Source: Candidatus Fraserbacteria bacterium (GTDB taxonomy: Bacteria > Bipolaricaulota > Bipolaricaulia > RBG-16-55-9 > JANLFV01). From it: 12,721 nucleotides of DNA. This document shows positions 7,194 to 12,721 of this stretch, one piece after another. The position numbers and the translations under genes are program-made. The notes under the pieces are model-generated. The model had not been told where the DNA came from, did not search any database, and worked only from the letters and a program-made list of their open reading frames with translations. Location: positions 1 through 12,721 of the forward strand of contig JBBIJD010000050.1 in assembly GCA_037446135.1 (NCBI GenBank). Reading direction: 5' to 3'. Numbering within the stretch: position 1 is the first letter of the stretch; each line of letters opens with the position of its first letter.

Positions 7194-7259
7194 AGGGGAG
7201 GTGATCGGATGGAGTAGAGGCCCGCAAAGCAGTTCAAATCCAAAAGGAGGGATCAAGAG

Positions 7260-8300
7260 ATGAAGTTCAAGCTGGTAGTAAGTGTGCTACTAGTGCTTGG
7301 GTTAGTCCTTGCGCTAGGGGCGGTCAGTCTCATGGGGCAGCAGCGGCCTAGGATCGCGCTCTTCGTCTCCACCATTAATAACCCTTACTTCGTGACCATG
7401 GCCGAGGGGGCAAAAGCGGCTGCAGCGGACTTCGGCGCCGATCTCACCGTCTTCGACGGCCAGAATGACTCCTTGACCCAGACGAACCAGATCGATGCCG
7501 CGATCGCTGCAGGCTATCAGGCCATCCTCCTCAACCCCACCCACCAGGAGGCGCTGATCCCGGCCGTCCAGCGGGCCAATGCCGCGGGGATCCCCGTCTT
7601 CTCCGTCGACCGCGATGTGACGGGCGGCGAGCGCGTCTGTTACATCGGGACGAGCAATGTCCTCGCGGCGGAACAGGGTGCGGCTACTTTCATCAGGTAT
7701 CTAGCACTGACAAAGTTCACTAAACCTCGGCCTTGGAACATCGTGATCCTCGAGGGGATCCCCGGGGCTTCAGCGGCCGTAGAGCGGGAGAAGGGCTTTA
7801 AGAATGTCCTCAAACCCTTCATTGATGCAGGTGTACTCAAAATGATCAAGGATCTCACCGCTCAATTCGACCGCGCTGAGGGCTTAAGGGTCATGGGAGA
7901 CATCCTCGCCACCACCAAGGACATCGACGGTGTCATCTGCGCGAATGACGAGATGTGCTTAGGCGCATTGCAGGCTTTGAAAGGTGCCGGGGTGCCTGTG
8001 GGCGTGGCCATTAACGGCGTGATCATCATGGGCTTCGACGCGATCGATGATGCCGTCAATGCAGTCAAGGCTGGGGACTTCGTGGGGACTGTGGCTCAAG
8101 CTCCCTTCATCCAGGGCTATTGGGGAGCGGAAGCCGCAATCCTCTATCTGACCCGAGGCTGGAGACCACCGGCTGGCACACCGATCTATGAGCCGACCGG
8201 CGCGCTCTTCATCCCCACCCCCGTAGCCATCGTTACCGCCGAGAATGCCGACACGATCACAACGATCACTATGGCCAAACCGAAGCTACCCGGCACTTAA
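7260..8300 (+). CDS. rbsB: Sugar (probably D-ribose) ABC transporter substrate-binding protein
   Basis: Sec-type signal peptide without a lipobox Cys. Equivalents of the E. coli RbsB ligand contacts are present: NNPYF, VDR, ER, FDR, NDEM, GFD, AQ.P. AGGAGG RBS; located next to rbsK and rbsD. Confidence 0.82.
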   Translation: MKFKLVVSVLLVLGLVLALGAVSLMGQQRPRIALFVSTINNPYFVTMAEGAKAAAADFGADLTVFDGQNDSLTQTNQIDAAIAAGYQAILLNPTHQEALIPAVQRANAAGIPVFSVDRDVTGGERVCYIGTSNVLAAEQGAATFIRYLALTKFTKPRPWNIVILEGIPGASAAVEREKGFKNVLKPFIDAGVLKMIKDLTAQFDRAEGLRVMGDILATTKDIDGVICANDEMCLGALQALKGAGVPVGVAINGVIIMGFDAIDDAVNAVKAGDFVGTVAQAPFIQGYWGAEAAILYLTRGWRPPAGTPIYEPTGALFIPTPVAIVTAENADTITTITMAKPKLPGT

Positions 8301-8326
8301 GGAGCCTTGCCAGGAAGGAAGAGGGC

Positions 8327-8359
8327 GACAGGGAGAGGGTAGTTTCCCCTCTCCCTGTC
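8327..8359 (+). other. Intercistronic RNA hairpin between rbsB and rbsC (mRNA stabiliser or partial terminator)
   Basis: GACAGGGAGAGGG (8327-8339) is the exact reverse complement of CCCTCTCCCTGTC (8347-8359); 7-nt loop; no real U-tract. Confidence 0.8.
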
Positions 8360-8366
8360 ACCTTAA

Positions 8367-9335
8367 ATGATGGAAGCGGCGAGAAGATTTAAACTCCTGC
8401 TCGAATCCGTCAACCGGAACAGGATCCTCTTCCCATTCTTCTCTCTCATCGCCCTGATAATTGTCTCTTCCCTCATCTCCCCTTACTTCCTCACCGCGAT
8501 CAATGTCAAGAATATCCTGGCCCAGGTCTCGATTATCGCCGTGCTCGCTGCCGGTGAGACCGCTGTCATCCTGACCGGGGGGATCGATCTCGCTCCGGGG
8601 TCGCTCCTGGCTTTGGGAGGGGCAGTAGCAGCGGCATTGATCAAGTGGGGCGGTTTACCTACGCTCATTGGCATTCTTGGAGGGTTATCGGTCGGAGTCC
8701 TTGCTGGAGGGGTTAATGGGCTATTAGTGGCACGAGTCAAGATCCCTTCATTCATCGCTACTCTAGCGATGCTGGCTATCGGTCGAGGAGCGACCCTGGT
8801 CATCACTAGTGGCCACCCTATCACAGGATTCCCTCGGGGCTTAAGAGCCATCGACAGCTATGTTGGCCCTATCCCGACCTTGATCATCATCGTTCTCGGC
8901 CTCTATATCCTCTCGCAGATGTTGCTCTCCTACACGAAGCTCGGCCGGTATATTTATGCTATCGGGGGGAATGAGCAGGCCGTCAGGTTTGTGGGGGTGA
9001 ATGTCAACCAGGTGAAGTTATTCGTCTTTACCTTCTCCGGCTTCTGTGCCGCACTGGGAGGGATCATGATGAATGCCCGCCTCGACTCCGCTACCCCCAC
9101 CGCCGGCCAGGGCTATGAACTCGATGCCATCGCCGCGAGCGTCCTTGGGGGAGTGAGCTTCACCGGCGGAGTCGGTTCCCTAGCTGGGACATTCATGGGG
9201 GCTCTGATCATGACCATCTTGGGGAACTTGCTCAACCTGCTCGGGGTTTCTGCATTTTATCAGTATATTGCGAAGGGGATGGTCTTGGCTATCGCTGCCA
9301 TCTCCCTCTCACGGGGGGTGCGATTTGCCAAATGA
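8367..9335 (+). CDS. rbsC: Sugar ABC transporter permease (RbsC family)
   Basis: Highly hydrophobic; GET.VILTGGIDL, NGLLVARVKIPSFIATL, GRYIYAIGGNEQA (EAA loop), GYELDAIAA.VLGG.S..GG.G. Confidence 0.9.
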   Translation: MMEAARRFKLLLESVNRNRILFPFFSLIALIIVSSLISPYFLTAINVKNILAQVSIIAVLAAGETAVILTGGIDLAPGSLLALGGAVAAALIKWGGLPTLIGILGGLSVGVLAGGVNGLLVARVKIPSFIATLAMLAIGRGATLVITSGHPITGFPRGLRAIDSYVGPIPTLIIIVLGLYILSQMLLSYTKLGRYIYAIGGNEQAVRFVGVNVNQVKLFVFTFSGFCAALGGIMMNARLDSATPTAGQGYELDAIAASVLGGVSFTGGVGSLAGTFMGALIMTILGNLLNLLGVSAFYQYIAKGMVLAIAAISLSRGVRFAK

Positions 9336-10291
9336 CCCCGGCTGAGATCGCTATCTTTGGCAGCATCAATATAGATTTAGTCGGTGAAGTGGAGAGATTC
9401 CCTCTCCCCGGCGAGACGGTCACCGCGAAAAGCCTCGGGCGATTCCCTGGGGGGAAAGGTGCCAATCAAGCCGTTGCAGCCGCGCGACTCGGCGGCCGAG
9501 TGGCAATGTTTGGTATGGTCGGCGACGACCCCTTCGCTGAGGAGTTGCTGAGCTCCTTAAAGATGAGCGGCGTCGAGGTCGGCCAGGTTCGCCGTTTGCA
9601 AGGTATTCTCTCGGGGATCGCGCTGATCTTGGTTGATAGCCATGGTGAGAACATGATTACCATCAGTGCGGGGGCTAACGGGATGATCGATCGGGCCTAT
9701 ATCGAACAGATCCTTCCGGCGATCAGCGGGGCAAAAATCCTACTCCTCCAGATGGAGGTCCCGCCGGAGGCGATCAACAAGTTGCTCGAGGAGTTACCGC
9801 ATGAAAATCCCCTGGTAATTCTCGATCCTGCTCCTATTGGGAATGTCCCCCGGCTTACCAACCTTGAGCGAGTGGATATCATCACGCCGAACCTCACAGA
9901 GTTAGCACTCTTGACAGGGATCGATCTCAGGGGCGAGGGCCACCTTAAGTGGGCACTTTCACAACTGGTTACAAAGGGTCATCTGAGGCGAGTCATCTGC
10001 AAGGCGGGGGCTCAAGGTTCATATCTCATGAATGAGAAGGGACAGTTGATTCACTTCCCAGCTTTTGAAGTCGAGGTAGTCGATACTACGGCCGCTGGGG
10101 ACGCCTTTAATGGAGGACTGGCTGTCGCCCTCGCCCGGGGGATAGAGTTGGAGAGAGCGATCGTGTATGCTAATGCAGCCGGAGCGTTGGCGGTCACGCG
10201 CAAGGGGGCTCAGCCTGCGATGCCGACCGCTGCAGAGGTGGAACAACTCCTCGAAAGGAGCGACCATGAAGCGAGATGGCATATTGAATGA
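9332..10291 (+). CDS. rbsK: Ribokinase (PfkB family)
   Basis: GSINIDL, P.PGET, PGGKGANQAVAAARLG, G.VGDD.F, GEN.I....GAN, LQME, DPAP, PN..E, VDTTAAGDAFNG, GAQ.AMP. ATGA overlap with rbsC. Confidence 0.92.
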   Translation: MTPAEIAIFGSINIDLVGEVERFPLPGETVTAKSLGRFPGGKGANQAVAAARLGGRVAMFGMVGDDPFAEELLSSLKMSGVEVGQVRRLQGILSGIALILVDSHGENMITISAGANGMIDRAYIEQILPAISGAKILLLQMEVPPEAINKLLEELPHENPLVILDPAPIGNVPRLTNLERVDIITPNLTELALLTGIDLRGEGHLKWALSQLVTKGHLRRVICKAGAQGSYLMNEKGQLIHFPAFEVEVVDTTAAGDAFNGGLAVALARGIELERAIVYANAAGALAVTRKGAQPAMPTAAEVEQLLERSDHEARWHIE

Positions 10292-10661
10292 GCATATCAA
10301 CCTCATTATCTCCCGATTGGGCCATACGGACCTGCTGGCGATCAGTGATTGCGGTCTGCCCATCCCTGACGGGGTCTTGAGGGTCGATATCTCGCTGGTA
10401 AAGGGGGTTCCGGGCTTCAAAGAGGTGGTAAGAGCTGTTTCGGACGAGCTGGTGATCGAGCGGGCCTTTATCGCTCAGGAGATGAGGGGGAGAAATGCCG
10501 CGTGCTATAATTTCCTGCTCGGGCTTTTCCCTGGAATCGAGATCGTGGAACTCCCTCACGAAGAGCTGAAGAGGATGCTTCCCAAGGTCAAGGCGGTCAT
10601 CAGGACAGGGGAGGCGACGCCCTACGCTAATGTGATCCTGGAGTCAGGAGTGAGTTTCTAG
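10266..10661 (+). CDS. rbsD: D-ribose pyranase
   Basis: MKRDGILN, LGHTD...I.D.GLPIP, P.F, PHEELK, IRTGE.TPYANVIL.SGV.F; 131 aa. AAAGGAG precedes ATG 10266. Confidence 0.95.
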   Translation: MKRDGILNEHINLIISRLGHTDLLAISDCGLPIPDGVLRVDISLVKGVPGFKEVVRAVSDELVIERAFIAQEMRGRNAACYNFLLGLFPGIEIVELPHEELKRMLPKVKAVIRTGEATPYANVILESGVSF

Positions 10662-10663
10662 CT

Positions 10664-11452
10664 ATGGGGAATACCCCGTTAGTGGAGATGAGAGAGATCT
10701 CCAAGCGGTTCGGGGGGGTCCATGCCCTGGAGAGAGTGAATTTCCACCTCTCAAGAAACGAGATCGTCGGGCTGATAGGCGACAATGGCGCGGGGAAATC
10801 GACCCTCATCAAGATCCTCGCCGGGGTCTATCGCCCTGATGAAGGGGAGATCCTCTTCGAGGGGCGGCGAGTGGAGATCCACAGCCCCAAGGAAGCCAAA
10901 CTCCTGGGGATCGAGACGGTCTATCAGGAGCTAGCTCTTGTAGATAACCTCGATGCCCCAGGTAATATCTTCCTGGGGCGAGAGCCGACAGTGAGGGTCC
11001 CCTGGTTGAACATCATTGACCAGCGGAGGATGGAGGAGCAAGCCCGGGAGATCCTCGACAGGCTGAGGATCAAGATCGACTCCCTCCACTCGCCAGTGGC
11101 CAACCTCTCAGGGGGACAGCGCCAAGCGGTGGCCATCTCCCGGGCGCTCTACACCAACCCGAAGGTGGCGATCATGGATGAGCCGACCGCAGCCCTGGCG
11201 GTGAAGGAGGTCGGCAAGGTGCTCGACCTCATGCGGCGTTTAAGGGAGAGTGGCATCTCAGTCATCTTCATCAGCCATACCCTTCAGGAGATCTTCTCCG
11301 TCTCTGACCGGATCGTGATCTTGAGGAGAGGACGGAAGGTGGGCGATTTCCCCGCGGGGGAGATCACCATTGATGAGGCAGTTAAGCTGATGGTCGGCGG
11401 GGAAGAGCTCATTGGAGAAACCAGGGAACGGATGCCAACGGAGCGGCCTTGA
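10664..11452 (+). CDS. Sugar ABC transporter ATP-binding protein, single nucleotide-binding domain (CUT2 family)
   Basis: ISKRFGGVHAL, Walker A GDNGAGKST, GIETVYQEL, signature LSGGQRQ, Walker B IMDEPTAAL, ISH; 262 aa. Confidence 0.92.
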   Translation: MGNTPLVEMREISKRFGGVHALERVNFHLSRNEIVGLIGDNGAGKSTLIKILAGVYRPDEGEILFEGRRVEIHSPKEAKLLGIETVYQELALVDNLDAPGNIFLGREPTVRVPWLNIIDQRRMEEQAREILDRLRIKIDSLHSPVANLSGGQRQAVAISRALYTNPKVAIMDEPTAALAVKEVGKVLDLMRRLRESGISVIFISHTLQEIFSVSDRIVILRRGRKVGDFPAGEITIDEAVKLMVGGEELIGETRERMPTERP

Positions 11453-12642
11453 AGTTCCGTTATTACCTCCCGACGCGGATCGAGTTCGGTGTGGGCGCCC
11501 TGGCTCGGGTCGGTGAGGAGGCCCGCAAGCTCGGCAAGAGGGCATTGATCGTGATCGGAAAGGGCGGGAGCATGAGGCGGACAGGAGCCTTGGAAAGGGT
11601 CATGGGGTCGCTCCATGAAAGGGGGGTTGAAGCGGTCGTCTTCGACAAGATCCAGCCTAATCCGATAGCCCCGGCCGTCGATGAGGGGGCCAAGCTCGCC
11701 CGAGAAGAGGGCTGCGACCTTGTGGTCGGCCTCGGTGGGGGAAGCCCGCTGGACTCAGCGAAGTGCATTGCCTTCATGGCCAGGAGTCCCGGGAGGTATT
11801 GGGACTATGTCCAGAGTGGGAGCGGGGGGCGGAAGACCCCCAAGGAAGCCCTCCCGATCATCACCATCCCCACCACCGCTGGGACCGGGACGGAGGCCGA
11901 TCCCTTCGCCGTGATCACCAATCCTGAGACTAAGGAGAAGATTGGCATCGGCTTTGACCTCATCTTCCCTAAGGTATCACTGGTCGATCCCCAACTGATG
12001 CTGACCGTCCCTCAGGATCAGACGGTCTACACCGGGATGGATGCCTTCTACCATGCCCTGGAGTCCTACCTCAACCTCAATCATCAGCCGGCCTCGGATC
12101 TATTAGCCCTGGAGGCGATCAGGTTGATCACGAAATATCTGCCACGAGCATACAGAGACGGCGGAGACCTAGAGGCCAGGACAGAGCTGGCCTGGGCTTC
12201 CACCGCCGCGGGGATCTGCGAGACCCTCTCGGGCTGCATCGGCCTTCACTCTATGGAGCATCCCGTAAGCGGCCACTACCCGGAGATCCCTCATGGGGCC
12301 GGACTGATCGCCCTGGGCCCGGCCTTCCTCGAGCATATCCTGCCTCATGCGCACGCGAGGTTGGCCCAGGTAGCCCAAGCGATGGGCGAGGAGCCGAAGG
12401 GCCTCTCCCTAGAGGAGGCTGCCCAGTTAGCGATCTCGGCCCTCTGCAGCCTGCAAGCCAAGATAGGATTAGGTAGTATCAATCTGAGGAGCCTCGGGGT
12501 AAAGGAAGAGGTGATCCCCCGTCTAGCTGAGGATGCCCTAGCAACTATGGGAAGTTTGCTAGCAGTTACCCCGGGGAACTTGAGCAAGGATGATCTGACC
12601 AAAATCTATCGACGAGCGCTGGATTACAATAAAAGAGCCTAA
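11449..12642 (+). CDS. Iron-containing (group III) alcohol dehydrogenase
   Basis: PTRIEFG.G, PNP, GLGGGSPLDSAK, IPTTAGTGTE, VDP.L, metal ligands D..YH (MDAFYH), LHSMEH and PHG. TTG start overlaps the upstream TGA, with GGAG upstream. Confidence 0.92.
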   Translation: MKFRYYLPTRIEFGVGALARVGEEARKLGKRALIVIGKGGSMRRTGALERVMGSLHERGVEAVVFDKIQPNPIAPAVDEGAKLAREEGCDLVVGLGGGSPLDSAKCIAFMARSPGRYWDYVQSGSGGRKTPKEALPIITIPTTAGTGTEADPFAVITNPETKEKIGIGFDLIFPKVSLVDPQLMLTVPQDQTVYTGMDAFYHALESYLNLNHQPASDLLALEAIRLITKYLPRAYRDGGDLEARTELAWASTAAGICETLSGCIGLHSMEHPVSGHYPEIPHGAGLIALGPAFLEHILPHAHARLAQVAQAMGEEPKGLSLEEAAQLAISALCSLQAKIGLGSINLRSLGVKEEVIPRLAEDALATMGSLLAVTPGNLSKDDLTKIYRRALDYNKRA

Positions 12643-12647
12643 CGACC

Positions 12648-12721
12648 ATGGTTCTCAAGCTTAGGGAGAAGGCTAGCTTAAGGAAGGCCTTCGGGGAGGC
12701 ACTGGTCGAGCTCGGCGAGGA
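12648..12721 (+). CDS. Probable transketolase C-terminal (pyrimidine-binding) subunit, 3'-truncated by the window edge
   Basis: ATG 5 nt after the ADH stop; reads MVLKLREKASLRKAFGEALVELGE, matching the R.AfG.AL.elg N-terminus of split transketolase beta subunits. Only 24 codons are visible. Confidence 0.65.
   Translation, partial: MVLKLREKASLRKAFGEALVELGE

Noticed and set aside
8327..8366. Hairpin as a classical intrinsic terminator
   Set aside because: No U-tract follows and the operon continues 7 nt later; kept as a stabiliser-type element instead.
9911..9916. TTGACA inside rbsK
   Set aside because: No -10-like hexamer at 16-18 bp spacing.
193..12602. The many other 60-160 aa alternative-frame and antisense ORFs in the track
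   Set aside because: All overlap confident genes and show no family motifs or independent translation signals.

Overview
A gene-dense, GC-rich bacterial window with two blocks. Block 1 (1-6052) is housekeeping. A 5'-truncated RNase HI-like gene converges on a minus-strand pair (short-chain prenyltransferase IspA, then an Asp23/Gls24-family gene). Diverging from that pair is a plus-strand run of dtd, long-chain polyprenyl diphosphate synthase, spoVS, argS and ftsY. Block 2 (6076-12721) looks slightly less GC-rich and is a LacI-regulated ribose-type catabolic operon: regulator, rbsB, rbsC, rbsK, rbsD, a single-domain ABC ATPase, an iron-containing alcohol dehydrogenase, and the start of a split transketolase subunit. 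I see no mobile element, CRISPR array, RNA gene or defence system. The most interesting signals are non-coding. (i) A mirror-symmetric 66-bp bidirectional promoter, in which one palindromic -35 (TTGCAA) appears to serve two leaderless genes. (ii) rbsB is bracketed by an orphan perfect Shine-Dalgarno with a Met-Glu-stop minigene upstream and a 13-bp hairpin downstream. (iii) Tandem LacI-type operators. Several enzymes also carry motif deviations. All calls come from reading motifs by eye; no searches were run.
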